Shown: piece by piece, positions 31,983 through 46,519 of the stretch | Layout of the letters: every line of letters begins with the position of its first letter | How positions within the stretch are numbered: the first letter of the stretch is position 1 | NCBI GenBank assembly: GCA_028534125.1 | Contig: CM052816.1 | Coordinates: 97,838,001 to 97,902,000 of the forward strand | Origin: Lama glama | Taxonomy: Eukaryota | Length of the DNA: 64,000 nucleotides | Reading direction: 5' to 3' | Position numbers and translations under genes: made by a program | Notes under the pieces: generated by a model | What the model was told of the DNA's origin: nothing | Seen by the model: the letters and a program-made list of their open reading frames with translations, nothing else | The model's database searches: none

Positions 31983-32033
31983 GAGGCTGGGAGGCACAGG
32001 CCCCTCGAGGCTGGGAGGCACAGGCCCCTCGAG
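31983..32033. repeat. Perfect 24-bp tandem duplication GAGGCTGGGAGGCACAGGCCCCTC x2 (+GAG)
   Basis: Direct reading. Confidence 0.95.
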
Positions 32034-33874
32034 CCTGTCCAGCCCCCCCCATCTCCAGGTCAGAAGCCTGGGCAGAGAGGACATCTCACACTGCCCACAC
32101 CGCTCCCAAAACAAAAGCCTGAGAGTTCACCCCAAAAGTGGACTAAGAACTAGAGCCCACGGCAGCTCCCAAAGCAGCATGCGACCCTCTCCACTCCGAA
32201 GGTTCTTGCTCTAGTCTCAGTCCGCTTTCACCTGCTTTTCCTTCATCCTTCTCAAGGATGAAAGCAGGTTGGCCACCTCTCAAGGCAGCCACCAGGCAAA
32301 GTTTCCAAAGGCAGAAACCTCCCCAGGAAAGAAGAGCCAGGTGCCACCCCGGCTAGCCAGCAAAGGCTCAGCTGCGTTCAGCTGATGCCACTCAAACTCC
32401 TGCCACACTGGCAACCGCTTACCCCTCCTTGAGGGCTGAGATGCTGTCTCTCCAGAAACGCCTGTCCTGAGGCTGCATGGGCTGAGCCACTGCTCATCAA
32501 CAAGATCTGTTTCCGCAGGCTGCGCTAGGGGCTCTCGCACCTCGGTTCCCTCATCCTAAGCCACAAGTGGAGGACTTCCTGGTGGCCTTCCTCATCACTC
32601 TGGGTAACCTGCGCCCAGGAGCAAGCTCCAGGCAGAGCCAATTCTCCATACCAAAAGGTTAGTTCCCATAAGCCCAGCGGACCCCCTCTAAACCATCATT
32701 AGGCTCGCCTCCCTCCTCCAACCGTAGACAAGCTCACAGGCTCGACCACTGCTCGGGTTCACTGTTTCTCCCCTCTGCCCTTCCAAGTCGGCAGTCTGCT
32801 AGGATTCAGAGCAGTGAACCAAGCGGAGGGCACCTGCCCTTCCAGGCACATGGCAGCCAATCCCAGCAGACTCCTTCTTTAGGCAGAGATAGCAGAAAGT
32901 GGACAGCCCCAGGGATGTACTGGGGATGCGGTACATGCTACCCACAGAGGCAAGCCCGCAAAGAGACAAAAAGAGCAGTAACGTGAGTGTTAGTTACTGC
33001 AGTGGCCCCTACTTAGGTGGGCTGAAACACAGAACTGCTGGCTGCTTAAGAGTCCACTTCTCGGCCCTAAATCACAGGGCCTTGGAGCTGACTTCTAACA
33101 GGCTGGCAGGGAGTGGAGCAGTGAGACCCCAATAGAGAGGGAGAGCAGGTCCCCAGGTGGGGCCCAAGTGGCAGTGCCCTGGAGAAACACAGAGTGTCAA
33201 GCTTTGGCCTCTAAACTAAGGGGGATGAATGAGATGCCATCCCAGAGTCCCAAGGGTGTGGGAACTGACCAAACCTGCTGGCACAGGTGATCACCCCACT
33301 GGCAGGGCTGGGAAAGGTCCAAAGTGGGGCAAGAGTATGCGAAAGATGACCATCTTCGGGTTATGTGAGCAACCTCACTAGAGATGCCGACAGTCCCCGT
33401 GAGGGTGAGGAGGATGAGGTCCAGAAAGACTGAACAGGATCTGATGAAAAACTGGACACAGAAGCCAGAAGAGGGTGAGGGGAGTGAGACCCGCACACCT
33501 GGACAGTCAGTGATCCTGTGCACAGGGCCGGGGCATTCCCTGACCAGGGACAGGTTTCCCAGTCAGGGTCCTAAGGCTGCATGTCTCCCATGCCAACCCC
33601 TCCCCCAGATCCCAGACCAGCACCTGGCTTGTAGTGGGCTCATTTATTAAGAAAAGCCGCAGCCACATACATACTGAGTGCACTGAGATTTACTAGAAAC
33701 TTACGGGCAAGGAAAGTTTCCAGATCCTGCACAATTCACACCAGAGCACCATGCTGCCACTGGCACGAGCTCCTAAAAGGAAGAAGTGGGGATCCGGACG
33801 GTCTGGGCCCCAGGATGTGCTGCAAATGAGGACCACGTGTCCTCCTAGTTTCCTGGTGCCGAGACCCAAAGTGG

Positions 33875-33926
33875 ATTCCAGTTACATGACAGCCTGGAAA
33901 CCTACAGGCTGTCATGTAACTGGAAT
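33875..33926. repeat. Perfect inverted repeat, 22-bp arms and 8-nt loop, in TENT4A intron 1
   Basis: ATTCCAGTTACATGACAGCCTG-GAAACCTA-CAGGCTGTCATGTAACTGGAAT; the arms are exact reverse complements. Confidence 0.97.
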
Positions 33927-35366
33927 GACGCCAGACATCAAGACACTGCACCCCACCATCTCTCCTCAGAAAGTTATACACGTAAGACCGAAGGGAGAGA
34001 GGGAAGGGGAAGCTGGGTTCCTATTTAGGGCTGAAATGCATACTCAGACTTTTGAAAATTTAAGAAAGTAACACTTCCAACCCACACCAGGTGAAACATG
34101 TTGCAGAACACGCAATATTACTGTGTATCATATACGTTTTAAAGCAGTATCAATTTAAGCGTTTTACAGCATACTTCAAATGAGAATAAACAGACCCATC
34201 AGAGAAAAAGTTACTTTAAGAAATAATCCCAACACCTAGCAACTGTAGGATTTATAAGGCTCTAACGTTTTACAACCCTAACACCATGGAAAATCCTTAG
34301 GTGCCCTTTAAGTCAGCATGTAATTGTGCAAGAAAACTTTATAGTTTAAGTTCTAAAATACTGACATAAAACCTAGGTACCTATACCTTGTTTCCAGGTG
34401 CTCAGAAAAGCACAGGAAAGTAAAAAGGCTGGGTAAATAGCACTTACACCAGAGCAGCCTCACCTGGGGCTGCTCCAACCCCTACGTATCAATCTTTTTT
34501 TTTTTTTAAACCAGTCCTTGCCGCCGGTAATTGCACTAACCCTAAACAGACTTTCTAACTCCCTCTAGGCTAATATGGAAATACCTTTAGACACTTTCTA
34601 GAGAATATGTGCTACAAACGTTTTTATTTTCTTCAAATGCTATTAGAATGTTAAAAAAAAAAAAGGAGCCTGAAGATCATGCTATGTTGATTTCAGCACA
34701 AAATTAAACCACAACAGGCAAGCTCTCTCTTGAAAAAGTCACTTCTAAATTAGCTGTCGGTTAAATTGTAACGCTACCAAAGTCCTACTCATCTTTTAAA
34801 CGGATTATCTGGGAGGGAAAAAAATTACATTTAACCAGTATTTTACCTTCAACTTGATTCACGTTCCTAGCAATACTAAAACCCTCGGCAACTTAACATA
34901 AAACTCCACACCTATCTACCACACCTATCTCCACCCAACTTTAACAAAAGGTCCCTAACCTGTCGAGGAGAGAGGGTTGAGAGAAAGTATCTGATCTCCT
35001 TTCCAGTTTGAAGGGAAGATAAGAAAAACATCTGCACAAGTCGGATTCAGCAGCCCCTTTCTCAAACTGTTAGTTCTAGAATCTGGACACGTTACTCGTT
35101 TATAAAAAAAAAAAAGCTTAAAGTTCAAATAAATAGAAATAAATTAAAAGCCTCATGGCAGAGTCGGACTTTGGCCTCCAACACCCAAACTCGAAAAAAA
35201 ACGGGAGCCCGGATGGGGACTCCAAGCGCCCGCGGCGCTGCCCGGGGAGCCCCGAGGCCAATCGCGAAGCCCCGCCGGGCCCAGGTCCCCACGCAGGACG
35301 AGGGGCTTGGGGCCCCCGGCCGCCCCCTCCCCTCCCCAGATCCCCGCGCCGGGCCGCGCGCACTCA

Positions 35367-36848
<1,482 letters not shown>

Positions 36849-37010
36849 CTAGACCAGACCCGGCTGCGGTGGGACAGGGAGAAGCCACGAGACGCCGCGC
36901 CGCCCTGGGTCCGGCTGCGTCCACCAGCCACACCTCCTACCGCGGCGCGCAGTAGAGGCGTGGAGACATGCGCGCTGGGGCCGGGTTGAGGGGAGGTACA
37001 CCCGCCGCGC

Positions 37011-37022
37011 TGCGCATGCGCA
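37011..37022. promoter_or_regulatory. NRF1 consensus palindrome TGCGCATGCGCA
   Basis: Exact consensus match inside the CpG island; a second NRF1-like site TGCGCACGCGC at 36691-36701. Confidence 0.75.
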
Positions 37023-38079
37023 GGGGCGCGAGGCCGGCGCCGCCGGTGGAAGTTTCCGTGCAAGTCGGCGGGGGCGCGCCCTCTGTCCGCAGACCGGCCA
37101 GCCCTATGTCAGGGCCGGGCCAGCCCCGCCGCGGCCCCGTCGCTGCTCCAGGGAAAGGACGAAAATGCCCCAAGCTCCCTCTGGTCCGTCCGGATCCTGC
37201 GAGCAGCTGGGTCACGCTGTGGCTGCTGGTGTCCGTGCCTGCCCACGTGCTCGCCGGCGTCCTGGGGGAGCAGGCCGCCTGGAGTTGGGACCCGGGGGGG
37301 GGGGTGGCCTGGCAGAACCCTTTTCTGCCTGTCTCTTCACAGGCTTTTATGTGTTCTTTAAAAAATGATTTTCTATGCAGAAAATGAAGTTGAAGCTTAC
37401 AGCTTAGCTTACTGGTGCGATTTCCCCAGGCACGCTTGGCAGTGCTCCCCATCAGAGAAACAGCCCGTGTGCTTGGGTGTGGGGCCGCGTGGCCTGGATT
37501 ATTCAAGCTGGCACGGGGTCCGCAGGATTCATTAGTGAATTGCTCTGCTGTCTGCCCTCTGAGGTCCCTGTGTCCAGAGAATGCTCTGAGCAGGGTTTGT
37601 CAGTGGCACTGTTTGGAATGCAATGTTAACCACACATTCTGTGAAGTCCAAAGCAAATCTGTCTGTGCCATGGGAGCCTAGACTGCGTGCCGGACACTGC
37701 TGCCCCACCCGTCCTGGTCCGAGCCCCTGGAATGTTTCCCCGGGCCAGGCAAGAAGCCGAGCCAGGGCCCTGCTCCCACAGCGCCTGGGCGCCTTTCCAT
37801 TTAAACATCGTAAAGGGGCGTGTTTTAAATGGTCTCTTCCTCATCTGTATCACAGATGAGTAGACACTGCTAAGTGCTTGGCATATCAAACATGGTACCG
37901 ACATGAAGTCAGTGTATTGCATTCTAAGGTTTTTGGCTAAATGGTGTTACTTGGTAAAACTGAATATTTCAATTTAGACGTTTTTCAGTACCTGTATGTT
38001 GCACATGTGGAAATTTTGATCTAGGATTAGAACACGTCTAGCTAAATAAACTACAGAAAATCACACAGAAACAAGTCAA

Positions 38080-39285
38080 AAAGTCATTACTCCGGACCTC
38101 CTTTCTTCCAGTGACTCAGGCCAAAATTCCAGAAGTAATCCCAGGTTGCTCTCTCTCCATAACCAATGCATCCTCTTGGCTTCCACCTGCCAGAAACAGC
38201 CAAAACTCTATAGCCACCCCGTTGTTAACCACACCCCCCACTGACACCCCCTTCAAGCCACCAACATTTTTGGCCTATTTTAAACAGTGCCTTCTAGCTG
38301 ATCCCCACATTCCATTCTTTCCACCTTTGACATTGTCTCCCCACAGCCACTTGAGTGATCTTTCAAAAAAAAGGAAAGTGTAGCTTTTTTTTTTTCTAAT
38401 CAGATCATGCCACTCTTCTGCTCAGAACCCTCTGGTGGCTTGCTTTATCTCTCAGCCTTAGTATGACCTGCAAGTCCCTACATGGTCTGATCCCCTAACC
38501 TAGCCTGCTCCAGTCACTAGCACAGCAGGCACACCCCTACCTCAGGGCCTTTGTACTTGCTGTGCCAGCTGCCTGGGATGCTCTTCCCTGAGATGTCCCT
38601 CCTCACTCTCAGGTCTCAGGACTTCGAGCCGGCTCTGTTTAAACTACAAACCCAACCCTCAACACTCGCTACTTTATTTTGCTTAGCATTTATCTCCATC
38701 ACTTTCCTAGGGACACATAACAAAATTCCACAAACAAGGTGGCTTAAAACAACAGAAATTCATTCTCTCGAGGTCCTGGAGGCTTAGCGTCTGAAATCAA
38801 GGTGTTGCCCGGGCCATGTTTTCTCTAAGGGCTCTAGGAGGGAGCCTTACTCTTCTGGGGTTGCCAGCGATTCCTGGTGTGCCTCGGCTTTTAGGTGCGT
38901 CGCTCCAATCTCCATCTGCATCACTGCTTAGAGTTCTCCCTGTGTCTGTCTCTTCTTCTAAGGACACCAATTCTATTGGTTGAGGGCTCATGCTGTTGAT
39001 CTCTTAACTGCATCTGAGGAGACCCTATTCCCAAGTAAGGTTACAATGTACTGGTACCCAGGGTTAGGACTTGGACATATCTTTTGGGGGGACACAATTC
39101 AACCCACTATACCATCTAATGTAAATTTTATTTACCTTGTTTTTTCATCTGTGTCCCCTCACCCCATTAGAATGTAAGCGCCACAACGAGAGGAATCTTT
39201 ATCTGTCCTGTTCCCTCCTGTGGGCCAGCTCAGGGACCATGTTTGGCACATGATAGGTCCTCAGTGAACATCGGTGGGATGACCA
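38080..39285 (+). mobile_element. L2 3' fragment interrupted by an MLT1C-like LTR (~38700-39110, minus)
   Basis: L2 phrases cagatcatgccactcttctgctcagaaccctc and cattagaatgtaagc...; MLT1 phrase gtggcttaaaacaacagaaattcattctctc. Confidence 0.75.
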
Positions 39286-39774
39286 GTGGGGGACTCACCA
39301 ACCCACTGGGAATGAAAGCAGGCAGTCTCCTTACCTGGCTTCCAGGATCTGCTACACAGGTTGTCATTGTTTACTTGTTTCAACATTTTAAGTCATCCCT
39401 CCCAGCCCCTCACCATGGCCTCCTGCTCCGTCTTTGCTGTTTCCTCTGGTTCATCCCCCTTAGTTTGATTCATCAGTCATCACTCAACTTCTTGTAATTA
39501 TATCTGAATTTTATTATTTATGGATTTGATCATAAATCTTTTTATGTAAATTAGAAGAGATGTATTTCTGTATGTAAATCAAGAAAACAATACAGCCTCT
39601 GAGATTCTGGGCAGGGGAGGTCTTTCTCTTTGCTCATCAATTTTCACAGATAAGCCAAGCATTTTCCCTTTTTGGCCAAAAGTTACTTTTTCTCTCTCCT
39701 GATATTAGAGGAGAGATAATAGTAGAGATTACATTATGATTGTAGTGATTTGTTCTCATGAACAAATGGCGTCC

Positions 39775-39945
39775 AAAGTGAGTTTCATGGACTACCAGTG
39801 CCAGAATCTGATATGCTGGTTAAAATGCAGGTATCTGGGGCTCATCCAAACTACTGAAACCTTCTTGAAGTGCAGCCCAGGAATCAATGTATCACATAAA
39901 TTCCCTGGACAATTCTTAAGCACAGTAAAGTTTGGAAACTTCTGC
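39775..39945. mobile_element. MER5-like hAT MITE
   Basis: ttaaaatgcaggtatctgggg...gcccaggaatc...aagtttggaaacttctg. Confidence 0.65.
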
Positions 39946-40029
39946 CTAATCCAAACTTCCCAAACTCAGTTGCTCATAGGAGCTGAACAGGTGATATAAG
40001 TAACTGACAAAAGTCAGGGGGGTGTGTGT

Positions 40030-40367
40030 GTGTATTAGTCAGCTGCTGACAAGTAACAAACCACCCCCAAACTCAGTGGCTTAAAATAAGTGTTGTATTG
40101 CTCAAAAGTCTATGGATCAACTGAGTGGTTCTGCTGATTTGGGTCAGACACAGCTGAAATTGGCTTACAGATCACTTAGACGCTCCAGTCAACTAGAAGG
40201 TGTGCTGAAGCCTGGCTGGTCTAGGGTGGCCACACTCATATGACTGGCAGTTGGCTGGCTGGCAACTAGGACACCGGAGTTAACTGACCCGTGTGTTTCT
40301 CATTATCCATCAAGCTGGCCCCAGCTCATTCTCAGGGTGGCTGAACAGACTTCCAAGAAAGCAAGCA
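40030..40367 (-). mobile_element. MaLR LTR (MLT1G/H-like)
   Basis: tgtattagtcag...taacaaaccacccccaaactcagtggcttaaaa start. Confidence 0.7.
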
Positions 40368-40621
40368 ACTGGGGGAAAATGGGGTGGGGGTAGAGAGATA
40401 AATTGGGAGTTTGGGATTTGCAAATACACACTACTATATATAAAATAGATAGACAACAAGGTCCTACTGAATAGCCCAGGGAACTATATTCAATATCTTG
40501 TAATAACCTATAATGAAAAAGAATATGAAAAGGATTATATCTATGTATAACTGAGTCAGTATGCTGTATGTGAGAAATTAACATTGTAAATCCACTATAC
40601 TTCAATTTTAAAAAAGAAGAA
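40368..40621 (+). mobile_element. Short L1 3'UTR fragment
   Basis: Same 3'UTR sequence as the other L1 copies; TSD AAGAAAGCAAGCA (40355-40367) / AAGAAAGCAATCA (40622-40634). Confidence 0.85.
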
Positions 40622-40769
40622 AAGAAAGCAATCAGGCATGTACTTCCTCCCAATTTGGGGCCTCTGAAATAAAACCCCATGTGGTTTCTAAATTGGTTCT
40701 CCATTCACGTCTTAGTGTATCCAGTAAGAATAGTTTCATCTAAAGCAACAGAAAACTTCACTGACAGTG

Positions 40770-41230
40770 GCTGTATTTGTTTCCTGGGTCTGCCTGTAAC
40801 AAATGATCACAAACCTGGGGGTTTAAAACAACAGAAATCCACTCACTCTCAGCTGAGGAGGCCAAAAGCACAAAACTGGGGACTCGGCAGGGCTGCGCTC
40901 CCTTTGAAGGCTCTAGGGGAGGGTCCTCCCTGCCTCCTCCAGCTCCTGGTGGCTCCTGATGTCCCTTGGCTTGTGGCCACATTATTTCAATCTCTACCTC
41001 TGTCTTCACGTAACCTGCTCCCTGTGAGTCTCCCGTGGGCTTCTCTTCTTAGAAGGACGCCAGTCGTTGGATTTAGAGCCCACCCTAAATTGAACATGAT
41101 TTCAACTCAAGATCCTTAACTAATTTCATCTGTAAAGATCCTAGTTCCAAATAAGGTCGTGTGCTGGGATTCTAGGTGGACATTAACTTGGGAAGCGGGT
41201 AGGGGGAAGACACTGTTCAACTGCTACAGG
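40770..41230 (-). mobile_element. MaLR LTR (MLT1C-like) nested in an older MLT1 fragment
   Basis: gtttaaaacaacagaaat...gaaggctctaggggagggtcctccctgcctc...gttccaaataaggtc. Confidence 0.78.
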
Positions 41231-41908
41231 GGCTTCACAAAAGCAAAGAGTTATTATTCTCCCATAATTAGAAGTCAGGAGTGGCGTGGTGGTACAGCAC
41301 CCCAGGATGTCCGCGCTGACCTGCCTGTGACTCCCCGGCCTTGGCTCCACAGCTGCCCTGGCCCCAGTCATCATGACCACAGTCAAGGCCGGAGGAGGTG
41401 GGGGAGGGAGGTGTCTGCTGCTTGTGGCCCTTTTAATCCGAAAAGCAAAACTTTCTAAAAACGAAACAAAATAAAACAACCCTCACAGTAGATTTCCCCT
41501 TAAATCTCATGACTAGAACCGGTTGTAAGGCCGCCTCTAACTGTCAGAAAGCTGAGGTGTTGAGAACGGAGTGACGAAGAAAGATCTAGACCAGCCGTGA
41601 GGCATTGCTTGTGCTGGGCACATGGCTGTGTTGAAAAAGACTGGAGTCTGTTAGGAAAGCAGAAGCAGGCAGGGGTGCTGGGTGAGCCCCCATCTCCTCT
41701 GAATCTGGTCCCCTGAAGTCTGCTTCTGAGAGCCTGTTTTAGTAAAATCCAGGTTCAGGTCAACACTGACGGGGCTGACCCCACTCACCAAGACAACATG
41801 CCCTCTGGTTTCTTGCCGGGATTAGCACATGGTTCCTTCCCACGTGACTCCAGAGCAAGTGGGGCTGATACGTCTCTGGGTGACATTTACCAATGTCTGG
41901 AGACATTT

Positions 41909-42668
41909 TTTTAAATTTATATATTTATTTATTTTTATTGAAGAATAGTTGATTTACAATGTTGTGTTAGTTTCAGGTGCACAGCATAGTGATTCAGTTA
42001 GACACATATATATTCTTCTTCATGTTCTTTTCCATCATGGTTTATTCCAGCATATTGAGCATAGCTCCCTGAGCTATGCAGTGGGTGCTTGTTGTTTATT
42101 TCTTTTGTATATGGCCGTGTGTATGTGTTAATCCCAGACTACTGGTTTATCCCTACCCCTGCTCTTTCCCCTTTGGTAACCATAGCTTGTTTTCTATGCC
42201 TGTGAGTCTATTTCTGTGTTGTAAATAAGTTCATGTGTGTCCTTTTTTTTAGATTCCACATGTAAGTGATACCATATGATATTTGTTTTTCTGTCTGACT
42301 TATTTCACTTAGTATAATAATCTCTAGGCCCATCCATGTTGCTACAAATGGCATTATTTCATTCTTTGTTTATGGCTGAGTAGTATTCATTGTGTATATA
42401 GACTACATCTTCTTTATCCAGTCATCCGTTGGTGGCACTTAGGTTGCTTCCATGTCTTGGCTCTTGTTAACAGTGCTGCTATAAACATTGGGGTGCAAGT
42501 ATCTTTTAGAATTAGAGTTTTCATCTTTTCCAGATGTATGCTCAGGAGTGGGATTGCTGGATCACATGGTAGTTCTATTTTCAGCTTTTTTGTGGAAACT
42601 CCATACTGCCCTCCGTGGTGGCTGCACCAATTTACATTCCCACCAACAGCATAGGAGGGTTCGTTTTG
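41909..42668 (-). mobile_element. 5'-truncated L1 (ORF2 C-terminus and 3'UTR) inserted in a MER20-like element
   Basis: TLLCCWWECKLVQP remnant; TSD GGAGACATTT at 41899-41908 / 42669-42678. Confidence 0.88.
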
Positions 42669-44349
42669 GGAGACATTTGTGATTGTTGGGCCAGGGGTTA
42701 GCTGTTGAGCCCCTGCTGTGTGTCAGGTGCACAACACAACCAACACAGTCGCCGAACCAAGTATTCTTGGGGTAGAAAACAGTGATGTGTGTGGCAGCGT
42801 GCAGGCTCCTGGGGGGACACAGGAGAAGGGAGCCTGGAGGAGGTGCTGCCAAAGCCAATGCAGAGAAGTAAGCCAACAGGGAGGTAAAGGGCGGGCAGAC
42901 GGAAGGGCTGGTGGGAGAAATAGTCCTGAGGACAGAATCGCCAGGCTCGCTGTGTCCAGCCCAGTGGGGTCCGCAGGAAGCTAACGTGAGGCTGGTGCTG
43001 TCGACCCAAGCCAGGCCTGGGGAGACCACGTCCCACACCGCAGCACTTTGGAGGCAATCAGAGGCCCCATGAAAAGATTCACACGGAGAAGTGAGAGGGT
43101 CTGCATTGTGTTTGAAGAGGCTCACTCTGCCTTAGGAGATGGCGTTGTGATGGACAAGGTTGAAGGTAGGGGCAGAAGCTGGGAGGCCGTGCCTGTCGAG
43201 AGAAGTAGAAAGTCAGTGACGGGCACAGGGTTAGGTTTGGGAAGGAAGATTTAGGAGAAGATAAACAAGTTAGGGTAGGTAGCTGTAGCTGCGGTTGGTG
43301 GCCGATCTCCGTGGCAGGACGTGGTGAGTTTCTCTTGTTCACACCCCAGGCCGGCGTGGGCCTGCTGGGGCTGGGGTGTGGGGAGGGAGGGGCCTTCACG
43401 CGGTCCTCCGGGAAGCAGGCTCTCTCCCCCAGGAGTCCTGCCGCTCCCTGTTGCCTCGGGTCTGGCGGGGGGCGCTGGTTCTCTGTAGAGGGCTGGCAGG
43501 AGAGGGAAGGAGCAGGCTGGAGGGTCCTGCAGGGGGTCTGGGGACCAAGCCCAGAGCGGCTGACACACCCTGGGCCCACAGGCCGGTGGCCCCACCTAAT
43601 ACAAAGGATTCTAGAAAGTGCAGTCGAGCTGAGAGCCCAGAATAGAAAGGAAATGGGTCTGGCAAAGCTACAGCACTGTCTGCCACAGAATGTTTCAGAG
43701 GTAAAATCATCGCGGCCCCGTAACTGATTCCACGTGGAGGAAGGGAAGAGGGCGGATCCAGAGAACTTCCAGGTTCCCACCGAGGAGCCCGGGGCAGGAC
43801 GCCACAGCGGAGGGCACAAGAGCCTCGCCTTTGCAGGGACGACGAGGGGCCTGTTTTAAAGGCACCGCAGAACACTGCACGTGTACCGCCTGGCTTCCTG
43901 TGGGCCCTGCGTCAGTTCCAGGAGAAACACGCACATACGTACGTGTGTAAATCTTTGATGTAAAAAAATAACCTGAACATGAAACAGGAAAATTCTTATT
44001 TCTCAGTATTTCATTCTTACCTAGTAGAGACCCCTTTGCTTCGCTATTTCTCCTGCTCCCTGGAGGAGTCTTTACAGCAAGAAGCACTTAAGGAGTATTT
44101 ACGTTACACACCAGATTCTCAGACCTCCCTGGAGCTGAAGTCGCCTGGGGCTCTGTCCCCGTCTCCGACTGAGGTCATTGGCAGCCCGGTCCAAACCTCA
44201 CTGCCACAGCCCGAGGATTTCATCAGCTATGACTCTGTACAGGGAGGCAGACAGCCCATCCACGGAGTTTGCTGACATTTCCTTCTGCTTTAGAACTTCA
44301 GTCGGGACATCCAGACTGCTCTCAAACTCAGATCTGTTTCTTTGGTTAA

Positions 44350-44522
44350 AAACACAGACTGTGGAGCCGGGTCACCATTTCCTGACTGGGAGGCCTGGAG
44401 GGCCTCAGTTTCCTAATCTGCAGAATGGGCACAATAGTTGTACTTTATGCGTTGGGTTGTGTGAAGATGAAAAGAATGAACGGATGGGAAGGGCTCACCA
44501 GGGTGACTGGCACATGGTACTC
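44350..44522 (+). mobile_element. MIR fragment
   Basis: gcctcagtttcctaatctgcagaatggg core. Confidence 0.65.
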
Positions 44523-46519
44523 GTCCTGTGTGTGTTCATGGTGTTATTTCTCAGAGGTTCTTATAGAAGCTCGAGTTTTCCTTGCATTTTTAGTTTCCAA
44601 CTTATTCCTCCTCTGACTGAGGGGAAGATGCAGTCGAGGGCACTGCCCCTGCTTCCTGCTCTTGGTCAGGCTCCAGCTTCCCCGATGATGGAAGGGAATG
44701 GTTTAGGGTCTGCAGGGCTGATGAACTGCTAATTTTTGTTACTTATCTAACTGGTCTTTATTTCCAGACAAACCCTCTGGGTGTCCGTTTCGTTCTGTTG
44801 TGTGAACCAGGACTTGGGCGGGTAGGCGGGGAGCAACTCTATTTACAATCACTGCTGAACTGTCGCTTGAGTCATGAAATGTGCATGACATTTAACAAGC
44901 AGAGGCCAGAGGGGCCTCAAGACCACAGACACACAGGGCCCTCCTCACAGGCTGGGACGAGAGGCGAAGAACCACAGGATTCGGAGCTGAGCGGTGGAGA
45001 CAGAGTCTGCACCCCCTGCAGGTGGCCCCGCATGCTCTGTGAAGGGTAATCGGTGTGGGGAGGATGGAGGGGGGAAACAAGTCTGGGGCCATGGCAGTTC
45101 CGCGGGAAGAGACAGGGCCTTGGTTCCGGGGTGGTGGGGCATGAGGGTGACCAGTGGGCAGATTTGGTGGAGTTTGAAGGCAGAGTCATTGGACGACAGG
45201 GGAGGAGGCAGAGGGAGGTGTAAAGGGTCCACCCCGGGTTGGTGGGCAGGGCAGTTGAGAGTCTTCCTTTACCCAGACAGAGACCCTGGGGGAGCAGGAG
45301 GCATCCCAGATACCCTGGGGAGGCACTCGGGTGGCAGCTGGACGTGTCAAGTCCTGAGTCTGGAAGAGCGGCTCGTCTGGAGGGGCCCGTCTGGCGCGAT
45401 CCCTTCACTGCTGGCCTGCGGTGCGGGCGGGTGAGCTCACCGGGCTGGGTGTGGGTGACGAGAGCAGACGGGCAGGGATGGGCCCCCCCAGCCCCTCCCT
45501 GGTGACCCAGGCGAGGAGGCCCATCGTCTGTCCATGTGAATTAGTTGCATGACATTTCAAACCTGTTTAGATTTCTGAGTAGATTTAAGATGTGTGCTGT
45601 CATTTTCCAAGACCCTACTCAATAAAATATTTGGGTGATTGCTACACTCGGGAAACTGGCTTAGGTCCACCAAGGCCTAAAAATAGCAAGTTTACAGACC
45701 TGTGGGTTCTTCTCTCACGGCAGTGGGGGCCTCGCAGGCCCAGCCAAGCAACCCGGGAGGTGCAGGCCCCCCTTTAGAGGCCCAGGCAGAGCTGGACACG
45801 GAGACTTGCTGGCAGAGACATTTCCAGTGAATTCCATGCCGCCAGAAAGACGGATGTAGGCAGTGACTGGGCTCTCCCCCTCCACCAACCTGCTATTTGC
45901 TGAGCAAAATTCCCATCGTAATGTCTCCTTTCTTCTGAGTTTGAGCCGGGGTGGGGCGATGGCTGGGCGCCCCCGGCAGGAAGGGCAGCCACAGCAGAAA
46001 CGAAATGGTACCCAGGAGAAACGCAGGCACACTCTGTGAAACACAGGGCGGTGCCCCTGAAAACGAGTCAGTGATCAAGGGAATCCATCTCTGAAGTTCC
46101 AGATGAGCGCAGGATGCCCTGGTACCTCCGTAACAGACCACTAGCTGGGGAAAAGGCGTGAGTTTCACCGCCAGCAAAGAGACGACAAGTACCAAGTTTG
46201 GAAATACAGGAGAGGACGCTATTCACCTCTGCTGTCCGTGAATTTATTTTCCTGAATTGGAGGAGTGTTTAATTTGGGCTCTAAAGCGCCTTAGTGCAGC
46301 TCAGAGAACGCGCCCATTCCTCAGGAAGTGGCGAGGACCTGACCCCTGTTCTGGACTTAGAATCACATTTCAAGAGGCCGGCGTTCGAAGGAGGTGGGTC
46401 CCCTACAGGAAGGGTCCGGAAGGAGCTGCTCCAGCCTGGGCGGCTCTGCACGCAGCACTTGCCGATCCCCGCACAGACACCTGGGGGACGACCGTAACCT
46501 AAGGCAGAGATGGAAGTGT

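Noticed and set aside
43079..43875. 246-aa and 159-aa ORFs (also 60301..61045)
   Set aside because: Compositionally biased, no domain motifs, overlapping ORFs in several frames: typical GC-rich intergenic noise.
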